Source: Epiperipatus broadwayi (Eukaryota; Animalia; Onychophora). From it: DNA of 64,000 nt. Within the stretch, counting starts at the first letter, position 1, and every line of letters starts with the position of its first letter. The notes beneath the pieces were generated by a model that ran no database searches, had not been told where the DNA came from, and saw nothing but the letters and a program-made list of their open reading frames with translations. The translations under genes and the position numbers were made by a program. The stretch is taken from assembly GCA_028023455.1 (NCBI GenBank), contig JAQFVV010000010.1:2790001-2854000 (forward strand), read 5' to 3'. Positions 50,048 through 62,511 of the stretch are shown here, in pieces.

Positions 50048-52359
50048 CCTATATTTACAATTAGCCTCCAGGTGTGTAAGAGTGCCTGGTATTTCAAATC
50101 TTATCAATATTGAGTAAAATAATTCATTATTAGGATAATATAAATTGTCTTATCAATTGCCACAATCTTATATTCTGATATTAATTTTATCTCAATATAA
50201 AAATATCCTCTATCTTTTATTCCATGTATATTTTGTCCAGGGCACTTATCCCAGTCTCTGATCATGGATTGTGAACTTAAAAGTAATCAGACCCACCCCT
50301 ATATATATATATAGCCCTCCACACTTAAATAATGCAATATAGAAAAAGAATTTATTTGATATAAAATAGATTAATAATACTATTCTTTTAATAGTTAAAA
50401 TGAATAGATAAATGGATATGGTAAAATATGGAAGTTATATATCTTTGAAATACAAAAATCTAGTGTCTCTGAACTTCCAAGCATACTGTTTCATTTTTTT
50501 ATAATAGAGTTTATTATCAGTTTATCTAATTAATGAAATGGGCCATTATAATAAGTTTGGGTTATACCGCAAATGTGATATAAATTAATAAAACAGAAAG
50601 CAATTTCAATAAATATTAAGTAGCAAAATATTGAACTATAAAATTATTTCTTTTGGCCAATATGTTATTCAAAATAATTATTTTGATATCATAAAAATAC
50701 AAATTTTTGTAAGCTTATTTAGATTTGAACTATCATTCAATTATATATATATAGCTATATGAGGTTTTGTTTTAAAAAATGTGTGTACATGTTTTTTTAA
50801 GTCACTTGTTGTGAAATGATTATTATTATCCATTTATTTTCAGTTTTGAAATATTCTTGCCCAGTGATTTTTCTAGATTGTAATATAACTTCTGGAAGAT
50901 ATTGATTTAATTCCTTCAAAATTCTCTTCATCAGTTGTTTGTTATCCTTAATACACCTATTAGTTTTTGGATTGTAGAGTAGTATTTCACAAGCAATTCA
51001 TTTCATTAATATTTATTTATATATTGTATTCCTTTTCAAATTTTTTTATTTTATTTGAGGCTTCTTTCCATTGCAAAACATATTAAATGCTACTCATTGA
51101 GTTGTGAAACAAAGTAGAAAAATGAATTATTTTAAGGGTGATCATTTAGCTATTAAAAATACTGAATATTGTATAAAGATTATAATACTACTTACAATCT
51201 TCTTTGTTATATTTCAGATATTTTTTTAAAATCGGCATTTTTTTTATTGGTATTAGTTTTTTTCACTGCCAACAACTTTTTTAAGTTGATGTCTAAAAAA
51301 AAACCCACACAACTATATAACTGATCAAATTTGTGAAAATCACTTTATATGAATGCCTGTTTTTCATACTAACATATTTAAGATATTGATTTCTTTTCTC
51401 TGTTATTTCATTATGAATGTTCTTTTTATGTTGAATGGTAAGCAACTTAATTGCTTTGTGAATCTAATTATAGGCTTAGTAGTACTTAAAATTACTTATT
51501 TATCATTTTATTATATCTTTAATTGACTTTTGAAATTAAATCCTTGCTTTTTTTCATACAATATTTCAAATTTATTTAATTATTACAAGTAATATATCTG
51601 AATATTATATAAATTTCATTTATGAAAAAAGAAATCCCTTTTTTTATCCTTATCTTTTATATAGTTTTGCACGTATCTAACACAAACAAATGTATAACAA
51701 ATTTAAGAAATTTTAACTAATACACTTCATGTCTTAGAATATGTCTATTTTTAAGTCATATTTAACATATATATATATCATTTGAATGAATAATTTGTGT
51801 TTATCTTTATGATGTAATGAAAATGTCTCAGTATGCATTTTATTTTCCTGTTGAATTAAGTCAGAGTGATAATTGAGGTATTTATGCAATTTGGATCATT
51901 AATTTGTATTAATGTAAATTTGTGATATTTTCTAATATCTGAAAGAAATATTTACAAATGAATGGAAGTAAAAATAATTATAAGGAATATTTTTTCTTGA
52001 TTCCTGCAGGTATGAACAGTGTGTTTCATTTTTTAAATTGAAATTTGTGTTCAATTGATTCAAATTTATAATTACATGTATTAATTTATTTAATTAGCCA
52101 TAATTTATCATATCGAGATTTTTTTCTTGAAAGATAATTACTACAACTGATTTAAATTTTATACGTTTTTTATGACTAAATAAAATTATGTACACAAATG
52201 AACACAGTTGAATATGATTATTAATACCATGCCAGAAAATGTAAATCTAGATTAGACCAAAGGAATTTTTTTTAAAATTTTTTTGTAAACTTTATTATTA
52301 AATTAATTTGTCGAGCATCACTTGATCACCACTTCTTATGCTTGCTCGTAACTGTTATT

Positions 52360-52724
52360 AAAACAGGGAAAACTCTCCATACAGTAGTGGCACTCAGTGT
52401 AAGCCAGAGTAATCATTGGATTCAAGGCTCCTCACTGACGAAAGCCACAAACTAGAAACTAGTCTGGAGATATGGATGAGTAGCCACTAGATAGATATTT
52501 TATGCACAAGCCTTTTGGCATACAGTAGTGGCACTCAGTGTAAGCCAGAGTAATCATTGGATTCAAGGCTCTTCACTGACGAAAGCCACAAACTAGAAAC
52601 TAGTCTGGAGATATTGGATGAGTAGCCACTACATAGATATTTTATGCACAAGCCTTCTGGCATCCATTGATTACTCTGACTTGCACTGAGTAACACTACT
52701 GTATGGAGAGTTTTGCTTGTTTTT
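52360..52724 (+). repeat. 141-nt tandem dimer with minimal hammerhead motifs plus inverted 5' stub (PLE pseudo-LTR/retrozyme-like)
   Basis: Units start at 52378 and 52519. CTGACGA...GAAAC-TA-GTC-TGGAG occurs at 52435-52469 and 52576-52610. 52663-52724 is the reverse complement of 52360-52421. Confidence 0.75.
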
Positions 52725-52887
52725 GTCAAAGCATCATTGAAGGAGGGCTATATCCAATCTATTGGTTGCATCATAAATTTTCTTGTTTAGATTAGATTTG
52801 TGCATGCATGTGTTTGATTGAGTGTGTGTGTGTGACATTATATTGAGTCCGCACATATCTACATTTTTATAAAAATAATTTTTTTAG

Positions 52888-52992
52888 ACTTGAAGAATCA
52901 GCCAGTAGAAATGCTCTGTTGAAAGAAGAACTTATGATATTGAAACGACATCATGAAGCGCTCCAACAACGTGTTGAAGAAGAAGGACAAAT
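52888..52992 (+). CDS. Girdin: Girdin coding exon 10 in window
   Basis: AG/GT boundaries. (R)LEESASRNALLKEELMILKRHHEALQQRVEEEGQ resembles LEESTNYNQQLRQELKTVKKNYEALKQRQDEE. Confidence 0.92.
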
Positions 52993-53068
52993 GTAATAAT
53001 ATCCTTCTTTTTTTACATTGATAATAAAAATAATAATTATTGTTTAATTGATTTTTCTTATTTTTAAG

Positions 53069-53150
53069 GACTAAAATTCCAGAATCTAAAGTTAGTTCTG
53101 CCAAAGAAATTTTAGAACTTAAAGATCACTTAATCAGAGTAGAAAGAACG
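53069..53150 (+). CDS. Girdin: Girdin coding exon 11 in window
   Basis: AG/GT boundaries. (M)TKIPESKVSSAKEILELKDHLIRVERT resembles TTRELLKVKDRLIEVERN. No further exon was recognised before position 64000. Confidence 0.9.
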
Positions 53151-53469
53151 GTAATTATTTTTGAATAATCTAAATTATTTTTAAGTATATATTTTTATAA
53201 GTATTTTTGTTAATTATCTAAAAAATTTTATTAATGAAAAATAAATAACTAAATATATTGAAAATATTTATGTTGTATCAGTCATTTAAAAAAACTTTGT
53301 GCGTTGGTCTAATTTGTTTTCAAAAACATTAAGCTGAATATAACATTTTCTATATTTAGTAAATTATCTTTATTTGTTGTTATATAAAAAAAAATATTGC
53401 AAACAATTTTTTTTATATGCAAACATGCTTGTAGTATACTAGTGTATGTATGACTATATCATCATTTTC

Positions 53470-56010
53470 AATTATTATTGTAGCAGAAATATAGTCCATT
53501 TAATCTAGTTTTTCTTCTCCATATTACATGATTAAACTTCTTTATTTCATTTCTTCATCTCACATGTGTTCTTTCTCCAGATTTTTACAATCTCTTAGAA
53601 TCCAGTTTAAAATTTCAACCATCCACTTGTTATAATCTCAGTTAACAATATATCCAGCCCAACTTCACTTCAGTCTTTTTAATTCTTTCAATGATGTCAG
53701 TTGCATCTGTTTGTTCATCATTATTTCATTTCCAATTCTTTCTTGTTATTTCTAACATACTTCTTATCTTACTTCTTAGAGTCTGAAGTATCTGCATTGC
53801 TATCCTATTGATGACAGGTTGGTAAAGCACACTTATTGAAAACCTTCCTTTTCAAAACTATAGACATACATCCTTTTAACATTAAATTATTTCTACCAAA
53901 AACACTGCATTCATCCATTATGTTTCCATATGTAGTAATTATCTGATCAAGGTATTTGTAGTTGTTAACTTCTAATTCATCATTATCAATATTGCTTTTA
54001 TTCATTTTGGGAAAATTCATTCAAAATTACTTTAATCTTTTTAGCATATTTTAAAAGTCTTACCTTTGTTTGGTAAGTCTTGCAACATTTTCTGAAGTAC
54101 TGAAGCACTATTTGCAAAAACAATGACATCATCTGCAAAATCGGGATGACTTAAACAATTTCTATTTATTTTTACTTCCTTAGTTTCCCATTAAAATCCA
54201 TAAAATACTTTTTACAAAACTGCTATAAACATTTTGGAGATATGGAGCAACTCTGTTATATATTCTTCTCATTGTTAATTTTCTTAGTATCATTATGTAA
54301 TTTAATCATTATTGTTGCATTTTGATAAGTATTCTATATTCTAAATCTATATCTAAGGAAGGAAAGAATATAGATATTAAAAGTAAAATAAAAAGGTGAT
54401 AGATTAGAGAATAAAAGTAAAAAGAAAGTAGAAATAGTAAAGAAATAATAAAAAAATAATAATTAGTAAAAAAGAGGGAAGTAAAGGTATAGGGTTAAAA
54501 ATAAAATATGATTATGAATAATAATGTAAAATATATATTTTTATACGTATATAGAATATTGGTTGTATGATTATATGTTTAAATATTGTAGCTCTGATGA
54601 ATACTGCAGATCAATTGTATCTTAGAAAATTAAAAGAATTATATAAAAAAATTTGCATTGGAGTGTATATATGGAGATTTATAAAAAGTAAATCTATATC
54701 TTAATGATCCAATGCATTTATCATTGGAAATGCTTATAAAATCAAATATCTTTTCATAATCTATGAATCCAAAGCATAATGGCAACTCGTATTCATTGCT
54801 TCTTTCTATAACTTCTCTCAATATTGAATGTGATCCACTGTTTTAAAACCATTTTTAAAGCCAGCTTGTTTTTTTGATTAGTTATTTTGGAAAAGTTTTG
54901 TATAGAACTGATAAAAGATTGATGGGGTTATAATTTTTAATATCTTCTTTATCATCTTTTTTTAAATATTACTACTGCATTCTTCCAATCACTATTATTT
55001 AAACATTTAGTATATAACTTTGTCAACAATTTTTCTATTTTTTCACCTGCATCTTATATGATACTCCATCGTTAATTTAAAATGCTGGGCAATTCAGAAA
55101 TAATAATAACTGTAGACATTTTACTTGCCAATTGCTATTTTTTTATATCATCTATTCTTATTGCAGTTTTTAAAAGTATATAAGTTATTTTCCTATAGAT
55201 TTCATTCAAACTTGAATCACATTCAAAATCTGTTAATATATGAAAATGATTTTCTAATTCTAATTTAAATTCATTGGAATGTTTAGGAATATCAACTGCG
55301 AATATTGCTTTTCTTAATAATTTTTGTCTCTAGTTTTGCATTAACAAGTATTTTACATCTCACTAATCCATGATTACTTCCTATGACAAATTTATTAACA
55401 TCATTACTATCTTGAAATATATATTTTCTGTTAACCAAAATATAATCCAATTCTGCTGAATCTTAATTGGATGCTTATATATCCAATTCCATTTAACCTT
55501 TTTTTCTCAAAAAAAAAAAAAAAAAAAAAAAAAAGAATTCATATTATAAAGGTTTTTTTTTACAAACTCTACAAGTCTATGTCCTCTCTCATTTTTATTA
55601 CCATAACCACATTTATCTAAGCATTTATTTTTCAATATTTTACCAATTCTAGCAGTAATATCCAATGACAATTTTAAAATGTTGTTTGGTATGATCAAAA
55701 GACTTTATTACTTCCAAATAAAAATCCTCTACCTCTTCATCGCAGTGAAAACTTTCTGGGGTATAAATCTAAATTATATACAGTTCATATCTACCATTAA
55801 TCCTCCTGGCAATAAGAATCATGATTTAACTTTGTCTGTCATGATTGATTGTAAATATCTATTGTTTTTTTTTTTTAAAAAAACCTCATTCACACACATC
55901 TTCATTCTGCTTTGATGAAAATTCAACTGATATTTCAGTTAAGAGCTATCAGACAACTGAGAAAAAAGACCACAGTGTTTCTTGGTCTTAAAATCAGAGG
56001 TCAAAAGCCA
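53470..56010 (-). mobile_element. RTE LINE, decayed APE plus RT, with an AT-rich insertion at ~54345-54640
   Basis: ORFs 54639..54821 (REVIERSNEYELPLCFGFIDYEK), 53805..54020 and 55507..55698 (KIG...GYGNKNERGHRLVEF). Confidence 0.85.
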
Positions 56011-56229
56011 ATAAACTCACTGTGCTGCCTAGTATATGCTGGTGAGCAGCTCATCCATATTTGTATACTATATGAATAATCATATAGTAATTAAGATGGA
56101 ATGATAAGAACATATGGAATGGACATTAGGAATTTTCCTTGCTCAGTTTCTTTAAAACTGCAGAGAGGAATCAAAGGATCTTTCAGTTAACTTTAAACTT
56201 CTTTCTACTGAGATAAAAATTTTTGAAGA

Positions 56230-56720
56230 AAGGAGAGAATATGAAAATATATAAAAATGATGATGCATTAAGAAGGATTGAATATCAAAAATTTTGTAAA
56301 ATGACACAAAAAAGATAATAATGTAAGAAAGTATAAGCTATAGAATAGAATAAAAGTCTTAAGAATGTACAGCAATATCTTGATATTGATTTCTGCTGCA
56401 ATAAGGAAAAAGATGGAATTATTACTAAAAAGAGTAATGTCATCTTGATATGTGTAGAAGAGTTCTATCAAGAATTATATAGCAATAAAGAATGAGGAAA
56501 AGTATTTTCTACAACTACTATATCTTCTCAATTGTCCAAGATTTTAAATGAAGAAGTGAGAAATGCAATTAAATTTATGAAAGAGGAAAAGGTTCAGATA
56601 AAGATGTAATTATTATCAAAATCTTAAAAGGATATGGTGAAGAAATAGAAAAATTGTTTATAAAGTTATATACCAAATGTCTAAATGATTAAAGATGTAC
56701 CAGATAATTAGAATATTCTC
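56230..56720 (+). mobile_element. RTE LINE linker fragment (opposite strand to its neighbour)
   Basis: IEYQKFCKM...VEEFYQELYS...GEEIEKLFIKLYTKCL. Homologous to 5280-5720. Confidence 0.7.
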
Positions 56721-58310
56721 AGGGAACACACTTTTTAATGCAATTTTTATCAGTGGAATTTTATATGCTTTTTTCTGCAAGTGAATATATTTGATTAAAA
56801 TTATAAATTATATTTAAAATTATGTATATTTAAACTGGTTTTAATCATTTTTAAAGGTATTTTTAAAAAAAATTATTTTAATGTAAACCACCTTAGATTA
56901 ATTAATTAAAAAGATAAGGATATCTAAACAGTTTTGAATAAAGATTAATATATGCTGCAATCATTGGAAAAAAAGGGGGGGGTCTATAATCCCAATTGTC
57001 CAATGTCAATAAATTTAATCACACAAAAACTTTTTTTGTTTCAGCAAGTTTATTTCTCTATACTGAAGACTATTAATAAAATGAATAAATTTAATAATGG
57101 GAGGATTCACATATTCAAGATGGGAATTGGTAAGAAGATGAATGGTAAAACATAATTGTTTAAACCTTTTATACCTTTTCAAGAAATTTTAAGTTAGGTT
57201 TAAGTTAAGATAACTCAACTTATCAATCATTTTATCCTATGCAAATGGCCACCATTAATCAAGTGAAAGCCAATATAAGTAATTACTAGAATCATTAAGA
57301 CAAGATTAAAACTGAGAAAACGAATTCAAAATGGAATCTAATAATTCAAAATAGGAAATAAATGAATGAATTTAAAATGTAATTTAATAACTCAAAATAG
57401 GAATTAATAACAAAAATCCTAATTTTGATGATGGAACTAATTTAAAACGATTAGAAAATTAATACCTGTAAAAATAAAAGTGAAGAAAAAATGTTCAACT
57501 ATGATATTCCTGAGAATTCAAATGTAACTCCTGATACCAAGAAATAAAACTGCTTTCAACAACTACAAACCAGTTATGGAGGATGGAAAACAGTTGAAGA
57601 AACATGTCAGATGTAAAGATTAATCAAAACCATGGAAAAATGTTTTTCAAATGTTAAATTGTTCATAAAGAAAAAATAACGATATCGTGATGTAAAACCG
57701 GAAGTAGTCGTAAGCGGCAAAACTTTGCAGGAAAGAAAATTATTTTAAATATTAATTTGATCTCAAATTAAGAATTAAACATTATGGATTATGATTTAAG
57801 TTCCCTGCATAAAAATTATAAATTTATGATGATTAGATCAAAAGTTATTGGGCCATTCCTGGAGTGATTGGGACACCACAAAAAAATAAAAAATTTTCAA
57901 AAAAGTTTCAAATTGACTTAGAATTATGACGAAGTGAATTAGAAGATAAAAAACAATGATTTAGAGATAAAAATGGGTTTATATGATGCTATAGGCCTAG
58001 ACAGAAACATAAGCAGTTAATTATTTAATCCCTTTAGATTTAAATTATTAAGAAAAACCCAAAGACTAAATACAAATCGTTAGATTTTATAATTGGAACT
58101 TTAAGAATCAAGAATTAGAAAACTTGGATTAGAAGAACAATAGGATCAGTAAAGCAGAATCACAATTGAAATTTTGTCACAATCTAGTTCAGAAGAAGGT
58201 TATATAATATGAACTGAATCATGAATCCTGAGGACTTAATGGGACCATGAGACTAATTGTTTTTTTTACCTTTTGGGTTTTTCTTGAATTCTCAGTCTCA
58301 AGAGTAGAGG

Positions 58311-58897
58311 TGATGGCCATAAAGGGTTTGTTGATTGGCAGGATCAGTCAGCGATCATTGCCACACCCAGGTTTGGGGATGATCTGGCAAGGTTCTCATG
58401 GCCCTCCCTGATTCGCTTGGTTCCAGACATGCAGAACTAATGTTATACCCAGATAAATTGCAACCCACTTATGGTGGGGGCCAAAGTGGTTTAACCTTGT
58501 CCAAGAAGTGGGTCTGGGTTCTCGCTAAACTGAGTTCTGGCTGATGGGTCATAGATAGGGTTTGGGGGGCTGCCTGGGGACATGCCAGGTGGGTTGAAAG
58601 TCGATTGTCCTGCATAGACATTGCTTCGAATGGACATCTCATCCCCTTGATTGACTGACATTTGATCTGTGATAATTCATGTCCCTGTTTTTTTTTGGTG
58701 TTTTTTTTAGATGTTTGTACTCCGAATGTATTTTTCTTTTTCAGATACCTGTAATACCTAATCTATTGGACAAGGTGGTTGTATTGCTTTGAGCCACTGC
58801 CCAGTTGTAGAATATAAATGTATCATTGTAGCCTCTATTGACCATTGCTGCACAGGTGGATCGTACTTTAGTGACTTAATAAAGGTGCTTTGAAACA
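58311..58897 (+). mobile_element. GC-richer LTR-like segment
   Basis: Preceded by a purine tract (AAGAGTAGAGG), starts TG, has AATAAA near the end and ends CA. No second copy in the window. Confidence 0.35.
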
Positions 58898-59085
58898 TAG
58901 TCATAAATTTAAAAAATATCAAATATTGTAATTGACCTAAATGTGAATAAATTTGATTTTGAAAGTAAATTTAATAAGAATTATCTCTCAACTTCGGAAC
59001 AAATATCAGAATAAGTGGAGTGCAGAAAATACCTCTTTTCCACACTCTGTGAATATATATATAATTCATTAATTTAGAGTTGCTT

Positions 59086-60480
59086 TAACTCTTAATTTTT
59101 AAAGTTATACATGAATATCTTTAATTCCTTATATATTCTCCATTAACACAATTTCATTCAATAATTTATAATCTATTTTAATCCATAATATTATTTTAAA
59201 CACATTTTAACCCACCTTTTATGTCTCCTAACTTCTAGTGCTAAATTCAAATTTTAAAAATTTACTATTATACTTTTAGTACCAGCTCTTTAAATTTTAC
59301 ACTTATATTATTAGCAGTTTCCTTTTCTTATTTTTTATATAACTAAATTTTAAAAAAATATATATTTTTTTACTTTATATCAAATTTTTTTCAGACCCAA
59401 ATCTCTATTCAAAACTGGTTTAATATTATTAATATAAATAACCTCTTTTATTATTTTATTTCTTTTATTATCTGTAAATTGTGTCATCCTTATACAATCC
59501 TTTTCAAACTCATGCCCAGTCTCTAATTTATGTAAATACATTGGTGAATTTTTATCATATTTATGTTGTAATAGTCTTCTATATATTGAATTCTTTGTTT
59601 CTCCAACATAATTTATTTTTATATTATTAATTTGACACTTTTTACAATTAATAAAAGAAGAAAAAATATTATTAGTATTTTAGAAAATAAATATATTAGT
59701 ATTTATCATTAAAATTTAGATAATGAAATAAATACAAAGAATTCAATATATAGAAGACTATTATAACATAAATATGATAAAAATTCACCAATATATTTAC
59801 ATAAATTAGAGTCAGGGCATGAGTTTGAAGAGAATTATATAAGGATGATACAATTTACAGATAATAAAAGAGGCTATTTATATTAATAATATTAAACAAG
59901 TTTTGAATAGAGATTTGGGCTTGAAAAAAATTTGATACAAAATAAAAATAAAATTTTTTTTTAGAAAATTTAGTTATAAAAAAAATAGGAAGAGGGAGCT
60001 GCTAATAGTATAAGTGTAAAATTTAAAGAGAGGGTACTAAAAGTATAATGGTAAATTTTTAAAATTTGAATTTATAAGTTGAAGTTAGGAGATATAAAAG
60101 ATGAGTTTAAAATGTGTTTAAAATAATAGTATTATAAATTAAAATAGATTATAAAATATTGAATGAATAAATTATAAATAATGATTGTTAGTAAAATGAA
60201 TAATAATAATGTATAATATAAAAGATATTAAGTTAGAGTTAAATATTATAAGAATTAAAATAAAAAATAAAAATAATATATATGTATAGGAAGTTTTTAA
60301 TTAATAAATATAGAATGTAAAAAAGGGTAAAAATTATACATTTAAAAGGAAATAAATAGATGATGATTATAAGATGTGTATATAAAATGTAAATTATATG
60401 TTCATGTATATTTATATTCATATGTTTGAATTATGTTATAGTTCTGAAGCATATTGCAGGGGCAGTCAAAACTAAACTGT
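59086..60480. mobile_element. Penelope-like foldback: ~515-bp inverted arms encoding GIY-YIG plus 3' end
   Basis: Arms 59086-59600 and 59730-60241. The minus strand gives INCKKCQINNIKINYVGETKNSIYRRLLQHKYDK; the + strand gives SPIYLHKLESGHEF...IKEAIYINNIKQVLNRDLG. A degenerate hammerhead lies at 60444-60480. Confidence 0.8.
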
Positions 60481-60779
60481 AAAAGAGGGTGGTAAATAAA
60501 GCATTATGTAACAGTAGTAAAATGCATGGATGATTTAATATTATATGGTAACATTAATTCTTTCTTAGAATTCTATTATTAAAGATAAAAAGAAAAGAGC
60601 AGGTTCTAAACATTAATTTAAAACTTAAATCAGGTTTTCTCTTCCCTCTCCTTTCAATTCAATTAACAAAACTACTAATTTTTTTAAGTTCTCTTTTCTT
60701 TATTTGCTTTTTTTTAAATTATTATTTATTTCACCGAACTATATCCAAGTAGATGTAATGCATATATATGTCTTATACT

Positions 60780-62490
60780 ATATAGAGGGACTTAAACTTA
60801 GGATTTTCACTCTATATTCATTCTCTACTCTGTTTCAAGAAACTGATTCACATGACCACATACATGTGAAAAAATACATGATCCCCAATATAAGTATTAC
60901 ATGCAGAGCCACCACTCATCAGATAAGCCAGATTATAATCTCTCACACATATATACAGACAGTGCTCATTTTCCATTAAGATAGCAATTCCTTAAATTTT
61001 AATGGACAGGCTTCAAACCTCTCACCCTTCCAATTATTCACCCATCCACTTCATCAAAAATCTGATAATGGAATGCTCAAAGCCCTTATTGGATTTCATA
61101 TTGTGTTTTTACTCATATAGACATTACGTCAATCTAACTTCTCATTTTATTAGGCCATTAGGTATTCATATATATTAGTAGAAGAGGGGTGGGTTGAACT
61201 TGTAATATCTTTCCAAGGCAATATGTATTTTGCGCTTATATTGAATGTACTCTAAATTCATTTGTTATACACCTGAGTCTCATTTTACGTGATAGATAGG
61301 TTCCTCAGAAAACACGCGCAAACGAAATCGCGCAAAAATAGATGTAACTAACCTTGAAAAAGGGGGGATACGGATTGTGATTTTTCAAAACTCGTGTAAA
61401 AGCAAAGCACCAACGTAAAATTTATTTTAAAATTCGCACAAAAAAAAAATAAGGAAATAAAATATGACTAATAAAAAATTTCAAATTTGAAAAAAATTGA
61501 TACAAAAAAAATTTTTTTAACTATAATATTTAATTTTATTCAAAATAATATATTTTTATGCATAATTTACAGTACAGTAATTTACATTTTTTTATACACG
61601 TTTTAATTTTATCGCTATTTGATGATAAACAGTTTCATTTGCAAACTGGTAAAAAATAGATTCTTCACAAGAGGAAATGCAACTAACGCCAAGTTCACTC
61701 TCATTGTGATAATGGTTTTCTGTTGACAACGTAATTAGTAATTAATCTTTGAGATGATGATTTTATTAATTGTTTATGAACTTAGACTTATGATAATAAA
61801 AAGACATTTATTCACCACTGCTGGGAATAATTTAATTAAAACTAACAACTAAAAATTAAATTCTTATTTTTGTCTTTAATTTTTTAATTTTCAATTCCGT
61901 TTAAAAATCAAATTTCGTTTTACATCACATTAATTTCAAGTCGCTGTAAGTAATTTTTAAATTGTTAATTACAATTAAAAATCAGATTTTAATTTTTAAT
62001 TGTCAAATTTAATTGTGCCCACTGCTATTACTCACCTTTTAAAAATAAACTTGCGGACACTAAATGATTAATAATTGATTAGGTTCTTTTTTAAAAAGCA
62101 AAAACAGAATGTGATTTAAAATGCAAAATTAACACGCACAATGTTTGAACAAATTTACATTATAATCTTGTAAAATTTAATGTGTGTATACATAAAATGT
62201 GGGAATCATGATTTTAATTTCATTATTGCATAAAATCTTACTATTATAAAGTACTGAAAATATTGAAATTACTAAGATGAAAGTCGAATTCCAATAATGT
62301 GCTATTACTTTCAATATAACGTAAGTGCGCGAAATTTATTATTTAAAGTAATATCGCATTATCGGAGTTCGACTTCCGGTGAAACATGAATCACGTAACT
62401 TCAAAATCGTGTTAAATAAGTCCGCGTAAAAAGAGACCCAGGTGTATATGAATGTAGGTGGACTTGAATTTAGGATTTTTCAGTCTATAA
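60780..62490 (-). mobile_element. Retrozyme-like repeat copy R4 (monomer plus start of next unit), interrupted by MITE C
   Basis: 60780-61268 aligns to R2/R3, with a degenerate hammerhead rc CTGATGAGTGGTGGCTCTGCATGTAATACTTATATTGG at ~60880-60936. The unit start recurs at ~62450. Confidence 0.65.
61270..62444. mobile_element. pogo/Tc1-like MITE, copy C (1175 bp)
   Basis: TA-CACCTGAGTCTCATTTTACG...CGTAAAAAGAGACCCAGGTG-TA. Comparatively CpG-rich. Confidence 0.88.
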
Positions 62491-62511
62491 TAAATGATCT
62501 CCATGAATCTA

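Larger units (their letters stand above)
49405..50110 (+). mobile_element. Retrozyme-like repeat copy R3: tandem ~1.4-mer (468-nt period) preceded by an inverted stub
   Basis: Helix II starts at 49453 and 49921, and the A-box-like motif at 49546 and 50014 (period 468). 49405-49450 is an inverted copy of the A/B-box segment. Confidence 0.8.

Noticed and set aside
54586-54640. CTGATGA...GAAA in the AT-rich insert within the RTE
   Set aside because: Partial helix II only; no valid helix III or cleavage site. Possibly a decayed PLE end, but not supportable.
56015-56065. HDV-like ribozyme at the RTE 5' end (minus strand GCTGC/GCAGC and TCAC/GTGA pairings)
   Set aside because: Lacks P4, J4/2 and a proper P3/P1.1; the short pairings can arise by chance.
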